A DNA stretch of 64,000 bases, taken from assembly GCA_001793235.1 (NCBI GenBank), contig MGHM01000004.1, forward strand, positions 34,467 to 98,466. Reading direction: 5' to 3'. Both the position numbers and the translations under genes were made by a program. The first letter of the stretch is position 1. Each line of letters begins with the position of its first letter. Source of the stretch: Candidatus Woesebacteria bacterium RIFCSPLOWO2_01_FULL_44_24b (lineage in GTDB: Bacteria; Patescibacteriota; Microgenomatia; UBA8517). Below are positions 51,553 through 61,050 of the stretch, piece after piece. The notes under the pieces are model-generated. The model was not told the origin of the DNA, did no database searches, and saw only the letters and a program-made list of their open reading frames with translations.

Positions 51553-52179
51553 ATTAAAAATTTACTTAAAAGTTTAAAATTGCACGAATCTACCATAAGC
51601 ACAGTCTTGGGATTTTTAGTTATAGTAGTGGTTGGTCTTCTTGTTGTTAATTACTTTAGAAATCTGGACTCAGGGGAGACTTTCCCCACATCAGCAACTA
51701 CCGAAGAAGGAAACGATCAAGAAACCTATACTGTGGCAGCAGGAGACTCACTCTGGACAATATCCGAAAAGGTATATGGTACCGGATACAATTGGGTAGA
51801 TATAAGAGACGCCAATGACATTCAAAACCCGAATGACGTAGAAGAAGGGCAAGTTCTTATTATTCCCGAACTTGAGGACCAAGGTGCTGAGCTTGCTGAA
51901 GCGGTGGTCACAAGTACACCCTCACCGGCGCCGACTATCTCACCAACTCCCAGTCCAACAGCCTCACCAAAAGGTGAAATTGCATCAGTTGAAACTATCA
52001 ACCAAATGCCCGAAGCAAACGCAGGCGGCAGCTACACTGTTGTGAAGGGTGACAATCTTTGGAATATCGCAGTTGCGGCATACGGAGATGGATTCAGGTG
52101 GGTCGACATAGCTCGCGCAAATCACTTGGCTAATCCACAAGTAATCCACGCAGGAAACGTTCTGACCATACCCGCTTGA
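51553..52179 (+). CDS. Membrane-anchored double-LysM protein; probable ATT start at 51553 (TTG 51580 is the alternative)
   Basis: TM helix; YTVAAGDSLWTISE..YG and YTVVKGDNLWNIA..YG LysM repeats; PT linker. Confidence 0.9.
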   Translation: MKNLLKSLKLHESTISTVLGFLVIVVVGLLVVNYFRNLDSGETFPTSATTEEGNDQETYTVAAGDSLWTISEKVYGTGYNWVDIRDANDIQNPNDVEEGQVLIIPELEDQGAELAEAVVTSTPSPAPTISPTPSPTASPKGEIASVETINQMPEANAGGSYTVVKGDNLWNIAVAAYGDGFRWVDIARANHLANPQVIHAGNVLTIPA

Positions 52180-52200
52180 GTTTGATATAATAAGCTACTT

Positions 52201-52249
52201 GCGGGTATAAGAACATTTTGCTGGCGCAAAATAACCTTGAATCCGCTCA
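52201..52249 (+). repeat. Mini tRNA-Gly-like hairpin sharing both tRNA termini
   Basis: Begins GCGGGTATA and ends CCGCTCA, as the downstream tRNA-Gly does; inner TTTTGC-TGGC-GCAAAA. Confidence 0.6.
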
Positions 52250-52257
52250 TTGCATTT

Positions 52258-52328
52258 GCGGGTATAGTTGAATGGCCCAACACCACCTTCCCAAGGTGGG
52301 GATAGGGGTTCGATTCCCCTTACCCGCT
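52258..52328 (+). tRNA. tRNA-Gly(CCC)
   Basis: GCGGGTA/TACCCGC acceptor stem, CCACC-TTCCCAA-GGTGG anticodon arm, GGTTCGATT T-loop. Confidence 0.92.
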
Positions 52329-52351
52329 CACAGGAAGGCGCACTTTGTTGT

Positions 52352-52387
52352 GCCAAAGTAGCTCAGTTGGTAAGCATAGCTTGGCCA
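52352..52387 (+). repeat. Truncated copy of the tRNA-Thr 5' end
   Basis: GCCAAAGTAGCTCAGTTGGTA (21 nt identical to 52408-52428) followed by TTGGCCA. Confidence 0.85.
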
Positions 52388-52407
52388 CCTGCGCTAATTT
52401 GTAAGAT

Positions 52408-52483
52408 GCCAAAGTAGCTCAGTTGGTAGAGCAATCCCTTCGTAAGGGAAAGGTCGTGGGTTCGACTCCCACCTTTGGCTCCA
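52408..52483 (+). tRNA. tRNA-Thr(CGT) with encoded CCA
   Basis: GCCAAAG/CTTTGGC acceptor stem, TCCC-TTCGTAA-GGGA anticodon arm, GGTTCGACT T-loop. Confidence 0.95.
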
Positions 52484-53196
52484 TGGCATACCGAATTTCT
52501 AGGCTAAAAAGACTTGAGGAAAAGCGGGCTGTCAGCTCGACTGTCAAATATATCGTTCTCACGGTTATAGTAATTTTTGTGCTTTTGAACTTTGGCTTGC
52601 CGGCACTTTCCAAGCTCACCGTGGTTATTGCAGATTTGGTCGGCCAAGAAAACTCGGATGACGATTCAAATTCCCCTCCACCTCCGCCTCCAAACATAAA
52701 AAGCCTTCCTGCCTTCACGAAAGACAGCTCAATAAGAGTCGAGGGGACCACGAGACCCGGATTCACGGTCTCAATTTTTTTCAATGACGAAAAAGTCGAG
52801 GTTTTGGCCAACGCAAGCGGCGAGTTTACCAGCTCATTCGACTTAAGTAAGGGCGAGAACACGGTTTCCGCATTCGTCACTAACAACGACGGGCAAGACA
52901 GTTCAAAAACCCAGACATTTACTGTCAATTTTGACAGCGACCCTCCCAAGCTTGAGATTATTACACCAACCAACGGGCAGCAATTCACAGGCCGCACTAA
53001 GCAAACCGAAATTCAAGCTCAAACCGAGGCTGAAGCACACGCAACTGTGAATGACAGAATTGCAATAGTGCGCGGGGACGGCAAGTTTGATTTTCCGGTA
53101 ACACTAAACGAGGGAGAAAACATTTTTAAGATAAAATCAACCGATCAGGCGGGAAACACAACCGAGCTTGAATTAAAGCTTAACTACACGCCTTGA
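52483..53196 (+). CDS. Membrane-anchored protein with two Ig-like domains
   Basis: MAYRISRL start, TM helix, beta-rich repeats ending L.KGENTV and L.EGENIF..D.AGN. Confidence 0.85.
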   Translation: MAYRISRLKRLEEKRAVSSTVKYIVLTVIVIFVLLNFGLPALSKLTVVIADLVGQENSDDDSNSPPPPPPNIKSLPAFTKDSSIRVEGTTRPGFTVSIFFNDEKVEVLANASGEFTSSFDLSKGENTVSAFVTNNDGQDSSKTQTFTVNFDSDPPKLEIITPTNGQQFTGRTKQTEIQAQTEAEAHATVNDRIAIVRGDGKFDFPVTLNEGENIFKIKSTDQAGNTTELELKLNYTP

Positions 53197-54365
53197 CCCG
53201 TTTTACGGGTCCTTGAGATTATCGCTAGAATTACAAGCCAAATAATCACCCAAGGGTAGAAAAGGGTATTGCTAAATTGAGAATGAACAAGTACCGCCAG
53301 CGCTGAGGCGTTGAAAAGGTCTCCATATATATTTCCCGCTGTTAGTTTGGCAATTTGACCCAGCAAATTAAAAACAACCAAAAGTCCTAAAACTCCGGTA
53401 GTTGCAAGAATAAGTAAAAAGCTATTATCAAGCCCATAGCAGGAGTTTTTCTGTGCCGAAATATCTATACTCAGCCTCGCTTTTGCTTTACAAACATTAT
53501 TGTATCCGACTCCGAAAACCGGAGAGCTTAAGATAATCTCAAAACTTTCTTGATAGTTTTGTATTTTTTGAGAAATTGAGCTTACACGGGACAGTTTCAC
53601 CCCCTCCCCACCCGGGGTCCGGGGAAGTAAAACCACAATGACTGCAAAAGCAAAAACAAGAATCAATAGAAACTTCTTATTTCTATTCCAAAGAAGAACA
53701 AACAGGCCAATAATAAGAGCTAAAAAACTCGCACGCGAGTATGTGAACCCAAGTGTTATAAGCAAAAACACGACACTCAAAACAGCCCGCTTGGTCCTAG
53801 AAAGAAGAAAGTATGAAGTTGCTGTAAGTATACCCAGCACAAGTACTATGCCAGTAAAAGCGGGATCCATGAATGTCGAAGTAAGGCGAAAATAGTGGTC
53901 ATCCCAGCCCACTGCCTTTAAGCTTGTCAAGTCCGGAAAAAGAAAATATTGTACCCAGCCGAAAAGCGCCACAGACCCGCCAACCACCAACAAGGATTGT
54001 AAACAAAGTCCTCTTTTGGCTTTTGAAATTGGCCTATTTAACCAAAACAGCAAAAAAACCAAGTAAACCGTAAGACGAAATACATAAAACAAGCCATGAA
54101 TGTCAAAATTGCTTGTAAAAACTGATAATAAAAGACTAAAAGCTAAAACAACAATGATAGGAAGCAATAACCTAAAAATACTCTTGACTCTATATACTAT
54201 ATGCATGAAAATCACTGTGAAAAGTATCAAGGCGTCGATGGGGTGGGGTCTAAAACCTAAACCCAATAAATTCTGTGTATATATTCCAGGCAATTGACCT
54301 AGAGGAAAAATCGCCAAGATCAGGAGCAGTAAATAGTCAATTATTCGAGCTCTTGTTTTACCCAT
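53184..54365 (-). CDS. O-antigen ligase / Wzy_C family membrane protein
   Basis: RLTSTFMDP, TYSRASFLAL, PVFGVGYN, DNSFL..LATTGVLG. Confidence 0.88.
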   Translation of the reverse strand: MGKTRARIIDYLLLLILAIFPLGQLPGIYTQNLLGLGFRPHPIDALILFTVIFMHIVYRVKSIFRLLLPIIVVLAFSLLLSVFTSNFDIHGLFYVFRLTVYLVFLLFWLNRPISKAKRGLCLQSLLVVGGSVALFGWVQYFLFPDLTSLKAVGWDDHYFRLTSTFMDPAFTGIVLVLGILTATSYFLLSRTKRAVLSVVFLLITLGFTYSRASFLALIIGLFVLLWNRNKKFLLILVFAFAVIVVLLPRTPGGEGVKLSRVSSISQKIQNYQESFEIILSSPVFGVGYNNVCKAKARLSIDISAQKNSCYGLDNSFLLILATTGVLGLLVVFNLLGQIAKLTAGNIYGDLFNASALAVLVHSQFSNTLFYPWVIIWLVILAIISRTRKTGQGV

Positions 54366-55081
54366 AGCTTAGTCCATGCCAAAAATGAGTGAAAGCTCAT
54401 GAGGGTAGCAAAAACAAATCCATGAACCCCGTCTTTATATCCACTTTTGACAATAAAATTAATAATAAATTTTAACAGTGGCATAAAAATTATCTTTGTC
54501 AAACCAGACTTTTTGCCTTCTTCTTGATTACTTTCAGTATGAAGCGTAGAGTAACGATTAATCTTACCCAAGACCTCTGAAAGTGACTCGGAAGGGGAGT
54601 GGAGAAGGGGTGAGTGCATTTTGGAAACTCTTCCGGCTACCTTCCAGGTCTCATGAACACGGCGTCTCCAACGGCCTTTGCCGGCGCGGGCTAACCTAAG
54701 TAACCAAGTCTCTCCCCACTCCCCACCTACCATCTTCTTACCCATAAATATATCCTGCCGCTTAATTAAATAGCCTTCAGCTTTGGGATTTTTGAACTCA
54801 GAATTTATTTCGTTTATCAAATCTACCGGCACCCTCTCATCCGCATCAATGAAAAGCACCCACTCGCCCCTAGCCTTTCTGAGGCCAAAATTGCGCTGTG
54901 AGGCAAAATCATCACCTAAATTTCTTATATAAACTCTGGCGCCAAACTCCTTGGCCAGAACTCTTGTATTGTCTGTGGAATTATCGTCAATAACGATTAT
55001 TTCATTACACCAACTGAGGCTCTCCAAACACCCTGAAATTCTTTCTTCTTCGTTTTTGGTAAGTACTATTGCACTAATCAT
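54341..55081 (-). CDS. Glycosyltransferase family 2 (beta-4-glucosyltransferase-like)
   Basis: ISAIVLTKNEE, IDDNSTD, WVLFIDADE, VHE. Confidence 0.92.
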   Translation of the reverse strand: MISAIVLTKNEEERISGCLESLSWCNEIIVIDDNSTDNTRVLAKEFGARVYIRNLGDDFASQRNFGLRKARGEWVLFIDADERVPVDLINEINSEFKNPKAEGYLIKRQDIFMGKKMVGGEWGETWLLRLARAGKGRWRRRVHETWKVAGRVSKMHSPLLHSPSESLSEVLGKINRYSTLHTESNQEEGKKSGLTKIIFMPLLKFIINFIVKSGYKDGVHGFVFATLMSFHSFLAWTKLWVKQELE

Positions 55082-56304
55082 GTCTTTTGCTTTAATGCTC
55101 TGGTCACAAACCAAATTTCCAAAGGCAAGCCAACTATCGCCCCGATAAGCGGAGCCCAAACAGTGCCTGTAAGGCCGTAATTTAAAGTAAGAGGCACAAT
55201 AGTCACTCCAAGCCCCAATATACTTACCAAAGTGACAAAAGTAATATATTTTTGCTTTTCAAGCGCAAGAAGAAGTGAGTTCATAGAGTTAGTCACCGCC
55301 TGAATCACCCCAAAGACGCTCAGTACGCGAACCAAGGGTACTGCTGGAAGCCACTGCTCCCCCAAAAAGATCTTTATTAGGTCTTCCCCGAAAACAAACA
55401 GAGTTAGGCCCAGAAGTGTCGCAACAGATACAATCACCACGGTAATCTTAATAAAGACTTGGCGGAGTCTGTGGGAGTCTATAGAAAGCTTGACATATGT
55501 CGGGAACATTACCCTGCCAAAAACATCTGTCACCTCGGAAATCGGCATGGAGCAAATTTTATAGGCTACTTGGTAAATCCCAAGCGAAGTCTCTCCTAAA
55601 AATCTCCCCACTACTCCGTCGTCGCCTTGCCTGAAGAGAAATTGGAAAAAACCTGCCCCAGTCACCCATTTGCCCTTCGAAAGTATTTCCCGGAGTTTGA
55701 CGGAATTAAACTCAAGACTGGGCCTGGGACTTACAAACACAAATGACATGACTAATTCCAAAAGTGCACCTGCGATCAAGCCCCAGACTATCCCAACCGA
55801 GGACTGTGTCACTAAGGAAACTAAAACCGCCACACCTGAATCGACTGCGAAAACGACAAAACGGAACCAAAACTCTGTTCCAAAACGAAGCTCTTTTTGA
55901 AAACGCACTATTGCCGGGTTAATAAACCCTCTTATCAAAGAGACGAGACTAATGAGATATACCAAATTTCTCGACTCGGGAGAATTGAAAAAGCTGGATG
56001 CAAACGGCGCAAGAACAACCAGAATCAAGGAAATCAGGCACCCACGCAAAATCGACACCACCCATGCGGTGTTGAGATACTCATTTATGCCCTTTTTCTT
56101 CTGGACTAGTACTACATTTATGCCAGTTTCCATGAGTATTTCTAAAAAAGTAATCGTAAGTGAAGCTATACCAAATATCCCAAACTGCGCAGGGGACAAA
56201 ATTCGAGCTAGAACTATGGTCCTTACAAAGGCTATAAAGCGCGTTAACGCACGAAAAGCTCCTACCCAGGTCACTCCCCAGAGAGTCTTTCTAAAGTAAC
56301 CCAT
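55078..56304 (-). CDS. Wzx-type oligosaccharide flippase
   Basis: LARILSPAQFG, G...LGIYQ.AY, multiple TM helices. Confidence 0.9.
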   Translation of the reverse strand: MGYFRKTLWGVTWVGAFRALTRFIAFVRTIVLARILSPAQFGIFGIASLTITFLEILMETGINVVLVQKKKGINEYLNTAWVVSILRGCLISLILVVLAPFASSFFNSPESRNLVYLISLVSLIRGFINPAIVRFQKELRFGTEFWFRFVVFAVDSGVAVLVSLVTQSSVGIVWGLIAGALLELVMSFVFVSPRPSLEFNSVKLREILSKGKWVTGAGFFQFLFRQGDDGVVGRFLGETSLGIYQVAYKICSMPISEVTDVFGRVMFPTYVKLSIDSHRLRQVFIKITVVIVSVATLLGLTLFVFGEDLIKIFLGEQWLPAVPLVRVLSVFGVIQAVTNSMNSLLLALEKQKYITFVTLVSILGLGVTIVPLTLNYGLTGTVWAPLIGAIVGLPLEIWFVTRALKQKT

Positions 56305-56320
56305 AAGCTATTGTACTACG

Positions 56321-57304
56321 CTAGCTACTCACAGTATGAAGTCTTCGATGTCTTCGAAGGGGTGTCACAAAGCCTGAGGCAAACCCCGCAATCACGGACA
56401 AGTCAGTAATTATTTGCACCACCGGAACGAGCATTAAGGCCATCTGGTCGGTAACTTCTTCACGCTTGCCCCACAAGGAGCCAAAAACATAAACGGTAAA
56501 ACCAAGGGTAGTAATATAGAGGAAAAACAAACTGTAAAAAGACAGACCGAAACACAACATGCCCAATGCCCACTTAAGGTAAACCGCCGGAATATTGGTG
56601 TTTACCGTCGCCAAACTCTCGCATGGGTGTCGCCAGGTACCGGTTTGAGAAATCCCTGCGGTGTAGCTAAAAATCTTTCTCGCACTTTCTCCAAAGGTCT
56701 TCGGAGCATGCCAATAAACCAATGCCTCCGGAACACGCTCAATTCTTATACCCTTTTGCAAAAGTTTATAATTAAAGAGATTATCCTCTCCAGACCACTG
56801 CAAGTCTTCGGAATAGCCATGAAGATCTTTCCAAATCTTTTTCCTAATCGCCATAGAGCGGCCTGTTGGCATATAACTTCTCGGATCTAACATCTTTGAA
56901 GTGACTCCGATAAATGGGCTGACTGCCCGGGCCACTGCGGTTTTAGCGACTATTCTGTAAAAGCCGGCAGACACGCCAACTTCTTGGTCCTTGAGGGGTC
57001 TAACGAGCCTTTTGAGCCAGTGCTTGTGCGCCACACAACTGCCGTCAATTTGGGCAATTATGGGAAAGCGAGCCTCTTCAATGCCAAAATTTCTGCCCTG
57101 AGCTTTGTTTAATTTCTCGCTTAATGCTCTGAAGTCTTCGTGCTTTGCTTCATAATCTTCGAGTACTGCTAAAGTATTGTCCTTAGAACCGCCGTCAACC
57201 ACAATTATTTCATCGGGCTTCCTGGACTGGTGCAAAATCGAGTCCACCAGCTCGCGGATTGTATCTTCGTTATTGAGTACGGTTGCTACAACGGTTACTT
57301 TCAT
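56321..57304 (-). CDS. Glycosyltransferase family 2
   Basis: PDEIIVVDGGSKD, GRN.GI..A, GED; C-terminal TM helices. Confidence 0.9.
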   Translation of the reverse strand: MKVTVVATVLNNEDTIRELVDSILHQSRKPDEIIVVDGGSKDNTLAVLEDYEAKHEDFRALSEKLNKAQGRNFGIEEARFPIIAQIDGSCVAHKHWLKRLVRPLKDQEVGVSAGFYRIVAKTAVARAVSPFIGVTSKMLDPRSYMPTGRSMAIRKKIWKDLHGYSEDLQWSGEDNLFNYKLLQKGIRIERVPEALVYWHAPKTFGESARKIFSYTAGISQTGTWRHPCESLATVNTNIPAVYLKWALGMLCFGLSFYSLFFLYITTLGFTVYVFGSLWGKREEVTDQMALMLVPVVQIITDLSVIAGFASGFVTPLRRHRRLHTVSS

Positions 57305-57398
57305 TTCTCTCCCAAATTAGACAATTATACTATGAACCTGGGTTAAGATTCAAAAAACTGCAAGAATTAGCCAAAGATTATTTTGTTATACTGAAATT

Positions 57399-59180
57399 GT
57401 GAAGAAATCTTTAGTTTATGGCTTAAAAGCACTATCACTTTCATGGAAAGCTAATGGGATTTACTCAATAATTGCAATTGTCGGTGCAGTTTATGACAGC
57501 ACTCTCTACCCTTTTATCCAAGTTTTTCTCCTGGCAAGGGCTTTAGATTTATTTTCCAGTGACCAACCAGTTACACTTTCTGATTTAAATTGGATAATAA
57601 TAAGCTATCTTGTAGCTTCAGTTATTAAGCTCACATTAAAAAGCATTACAGATGTTAAAGAGGCATATTTACAGGTCAGATTCGAGGGCTACCTTGATTT
57701 ACAGGTCAGTAAAAAACTGACAGAGCTAGACCCGGCTACTTTTGAAAATCCCGAATTCCAAAACTTATTGGCTCAAATCGAAGGAGTTACAGGCTCCCTC
57801 CAAGCCCATTTCATGCGCTTTATCGGGCTTATTAACGCGGTGTTCAAGTTTGCAACTGCCGCCATTGTTGTTTCGGTAACATTCCCTTTATTTGCCCCAA
57901 TCATTTTAATCGCTACAATCCCTATTTACATTGTTTACGACAGGTTTAGAATTTCCACCTGGCCATTTTATGTCGAAAAAAGATCGTTGGTTACCCGAGT
58001 AACTCAGTATATTAAAAATCTTCTGTCATCAGATTCCACCTCGAAAGAATCGATAATCTTTAAAACCGGTGGTACGCTTCTTTCCAAAATAGAAAAGCAC
58101 CAGCAGATTTATTTCAAAGACTTTGACAATATAAATAGTCCCTGGACCGTAAAAATTCTACTCGTAAAATTTATTCAGTTCGGAGCGTTTATCTATACAC
58201 AATATCTTAATTTAAGCAGGGTCCTGGCTGGCACATTAAGCATTGGTAACTTTGCCCTGATCTTCCAGCAATCTCTAAACCTGACTTTGGGAGCCGAAGA
58301 AATATTAAGCATGTACTCCAGCATGTCCGCACGAAACAAATATATTGATAAATATTTTGAATTTATGAATACTCCCAAAGCTATCAATTCACCTACAAAA
58401 CCCGCAAGTCTCCCACAAACGCCTTATCCACCGGTTATTGAATTTAAGAATGTGACTTTCAAGTACCCCAAAACTCAAAGAAGCATACTTAAAAAATTCA
58501 ATTTAACTATAAATCCGGGAGAGAAAATTGCACTCGTTGGGGAAAACGGTGCCGGGAAAACAACCATCATCAAACTATTATTGCGCTTCTACGACCCAAC
58601 CGAAGGAGAAATTTTAATTAATGGAGTAAATATTAAGGAACTAAATCTTGAAGAATGGCACAAGCTAGTTGGAGCTTTGTTTCAAGACTTCATCAAATAC
58701 CAATTTACTTTCAAGGAAAATGTTTACATTGGTAACCTATCAAAAATAGACAATGAAAAGTTACTCAGAGAAGCAATCGCTAAGTCCGGCGCAAGTGCAT
58801 ATGTTGGCAAGTTACCTGAAGGAATTAATCAAGTTGTAGGCAAGATGTTTGAGAAAGGAATCGATTTGTCGGGTGGCCAGTGGCAAAAGTTGGCGTTGGC
58901 CCGCGCATTTTTCCGAGATGCACCCCTTCTGATACTTGATGAGCCCACAAGCGCCATTGACGCAAAAGCTGAGTATGAAATCTTTCAAAACGTTCAAAAA
59001 CTTCAGAAGGACAAGACTGTCATAATTATTTCTCACAGATTTTCTACCGTAAGAAACGCCGACAGAATCTTAGTTTTGCAAGGCGGCAAAATTATTGAAG
59101 AGGGCAACCACAAAAAACTACTTGCGAAGGATGGTTTATATGCGGAGCTCTTTGAACTTCAGGCAAGGGGCTACAAATAA
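57399..59180 (+). CDS. ABC exporter, fused TMD-NBD (MsbA/HlyB-like)
   Basis: GENGAGKT, LSGGQWQK, ILDEPTS, ISHRFS. Confidence 0.95.
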   Translation: MKKSLVYGLKALSLSWKANGIYSIIAIVGAVYDSTLYPFIQVFLLARALDLFSSDQPVTLSDLNWIIISYLVASVIKLTLKSITDVKEAYLQVRFEGYLDLQVSKKLTELDPATFENPEFQNLLAQIEGVTGSLQAHFMRFIGLINAVFKFATAAIVVSVTFPLFAPIILIATIPIYIVYDRFRISTWPFYVEKRSLVTRVTQYIKNLLSSDSTSKESIIFKTGGTLLSKIEKHQQIYFKDFDNINSPWTVKILLVKFIQFGAFIYTQYLNLSRVLAGTLSIGNFALIFQQSLNLTLGAEEILSMYSSMSARNKYIDKYFEFMNTPKAINSPTKPASLPQTPYPPVIEFKNVTFKYPKTQRSILKKFNLTINPGEKIALVGENGAGKTTIIKLLLRFYDPTEGEILINGVNIKELNLEEWHKLVGALFQDFIKYQFTFKENVYIGNLSKIDNEKLLREAIAKSGASAYVGKLPEGINQVVGKMFEKGIDLSGGQWQKLALARAFFRDAPLLILDEPTSAIDAKAEYEIFQNVQKLQKDKTVIIISHRFSTVRNADRILVLQGGKIIEEGNHKKLLAKDGLYAELFELQARGYK

Positions 59181-59197
59181 ACTTGTGTTGTTCGATG

Positions 59198-59269
59198 TGG
59201 ATCCGGATGGAATCGAACCATCGACCTTTCCGATGTGAACGGAACGCTCTACCGCTGAGCCACGGATCC
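59198..59269 (-). tRNA. tRNA-Val(CAC)
   Basis: GGATCCG/CGGATCC acceptor stem, TTCCG-TTCACAT-CGGAA anticodon arm, GGTTCGATT T-loop. Confidence 0.93.
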
Positions 59270-59318
59270 TAATATCAGGTTGCCCATATTATACCAAAAG
59301 ATTATAATAATCCTTGTC

Positions 59319-59876
59319 ATGATGAATAAACTTGGGTCATTTATACTCGAACTTTTGCAGGTTGTGGTCTTTGCAATCTCAATATTTTTATTTGTCTACC
59401 TGCTTATTCTGCAGCCTCATAAAATCAAAGGCGCTTCGATGGAGCCCAATTTCCAAGACGGCGAATATCTTTTGACTGACAAAGTCAGCTACCGCCTTGG
59501 CGAGCCCGCTCGCGGTGATGTAGTAGTTTTTAAAGCACCTCCAACGTACAAAGATGAGTTTATCAAGCGCATTATCGGTCTTCCCGGGGAGCAAGTTACA
59601 ATAAAGGAAGGCAAAATTTATATAAACGCGCGTGAGCTTTCCGAAGAATACCTCCCGGCAGACATCAGGATTGTCCCCGGCAGGTACCTTCAAGAGGGCC
59701 AGACAGTGACGGTCCCCGCAAATTCCTACTTTATGCTAGGGGACAACAGGGACCACTCGCTTGATTCGAGAAACATCGGCCCGATTGAGCGGCAATATAT
59801 TACTGGCCGCGCCTGGTTTGTTTATTGGCCGGTATCAAAAGTCGGAACCGTGACCCCACCGGTTTACCTTTTTTAA
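59319..59876 (+). CDS. lepB: Signal peptidase I
   Basis: GASMEPNF, FIKRIIGLPG, GDNRDHSLDSR. Confidence 0.95.
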   Translation: MMNKLGSFILELLQVVVFAISIFLFVYLLILQPHKIKGASMEPNFQDGEYLLTDKVSYRLGEPARGDVVVFKAPPTYKDEFIKRIIGLPGEQVTIKEGKIYINARELSEEYLPADIRIVPGRYLQEGQTVTVPANSYFMLGDNRDHSLDSRNIGPIERQYITGRAWFVYWPVSKVGTVTPPVYLF

Positions 59877-59880
59877 TTAC

Positions 59881-60723
59881 TTAAGGAGTTACCAAGCCCC
59901 TGTAGAGCTTCTGAAGTTTATCCTCTGTTTCGGCCAAAGTCCCCTTCATGATAAATGTAACTTTAGTCTGACTGCGGGAGCGGATTAATTTCACCTGAGT
60001 TCGGCCATCATCTTCATTTTCAGCTTTCAGCGCAGTTTGCATTTCATTTTGCATCTTGTCAATTTCGTCGGAAATCACAAGCACTCTCTGGGTCTGAGTT
60101 TTGGGCCTTGGCGCCTGACTTGCTCGCGCCTTCATTCGGCGGGCCAAGTCCTCGGCACGGCGGACCGAACCACTTTCACGAAGGATCGTTTTATAGGCCT
60201 CCATTACAAGATTAACGTCGTCTATCGAGGCCAACGCGCGTGCGTGACCTTCAGTGATAAGTTGGCTTAAAAGCCCATCTTTCAAGGCATCGGGAAGAGT
60301 CAAAAGGCGCATGGAGTTACTCACATATGCAACCGACTTACCGATTCGAACGGCGATTTCACTCGTGGTCAGGCCAAACTCGTTCATAAGCCTCTCAAAG
60401 CCCTTAGCGCGGTCAAGAGCATTTAAGTCAACCCTTTGAACATTTTCAACCAAAGCCATCTCAAGCATGCCTTTAGGTGTAGTTTCGCGAATGACTGCCG
60501 GGACGTGAGTAAGCCCCGCAAGTTTTGAAGCTCGCCAGCGCCGCTCACCTGCTACTATTTGGTATCCTGCGGGTGTTTTGGCCACGACCAGAGGCTCAAG
60601 AATTCCGTGCTCTTTAATAGAGTCAACCAGGTCAACCAAGCTTTCTGGAGTAATCACCCCACGAGGCTGTAGTGGATTGGGTTGCAGCTCCTCGACGAGG
60701 ATTTGGATAATTTCTTCGGCCAT
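59881..60723 (-). CDS. parB: ParB/Spo0J partitioning protein
   Basis: NPLQPR, AGERRWRA, ENVQR.DL, HTH, GHARAL. Confidence 0.95.
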   Translation of the reverse strand: MAEEIIQILVEELQPNPLQPRGVITPESLVDLVDSIKEHGILEPLVVAKTPAGYQIVAGERRWRASKLAGLTHVPAVIRETTPKGMLEMALVENVQRVDLNALDRAKGFERLMNEFGLTTSEIAVRIGKSVAYVSNSMRLLTLPDALKDGLLSQLITEGHARALASIDDVNLVMEAYKTILRESGSVRRAEDLARRMKARASQAPRPKTQTQRVLVISDEIDKMQNEMQTALKAENEDDGRTQVKLIRSRSQTKVTFIMKGTLAETEDKLQKLYRGLVTP

Positions 60724-60729
60724 AAAAAA

Positions 60730-60760
60730 GTTATGAGTTATTAGTTAACAGTTATTAGTT
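60730..60760. repeat. 7-bp tandem array across the rpmA stop codon
   Basis: GTTATGA GTTATTA GTTAACA GTTATTA GTT. Confidence 0.65.
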
Positions 60761-60989
60761 TCTTGCCAAATTTCTGACCAAATTCAACTACTCCCGTTTT
60801 AAGAGCGAACAAAGTGTGGTCACGGCCGACACCCACATTGCTTCCAGCCGATAATTTAGTACCTCTCTGGCGGACCAAAACAGCTCCGGTCATAACCGGT
60901 TCGCCGTTCGCCACCTTAAGTCCAAGACGCTTACCTTTGGGGTTTACATGCTGACTTGCCTTAGCTCCACCTGCTTTATGCTTTGACAT
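60741..60989 (-). CDS. rpmA: 50S ribosomal protein L27
   Basis: [28 protein letters not shown]-17-TAATAT promoter 6 nt before the ATG. Confidence 0.96.
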   Translation of the reverse strand: MSKHKAGGAKASQHVNPKGKRLGLKVANGEPVMTGAVLVRQRGTKLSAGSNVGVGRDHTLFALKTGVVEFGQKFGKKLITVN

Positions 60990-61050
60990 GAGTCAATATT
61001 AAACAAACTTTTCACACATGTCAAGTGACCGACTGTTATACGGTGTGAGA

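Noticed and set aside
52423-52482. ORF-track start of the Ig-like gene, and antisense ORF 52419-52997
   Set aside because: The extension lies within tRNA-Thr; the antisense ORF is a shadow of the real gene.
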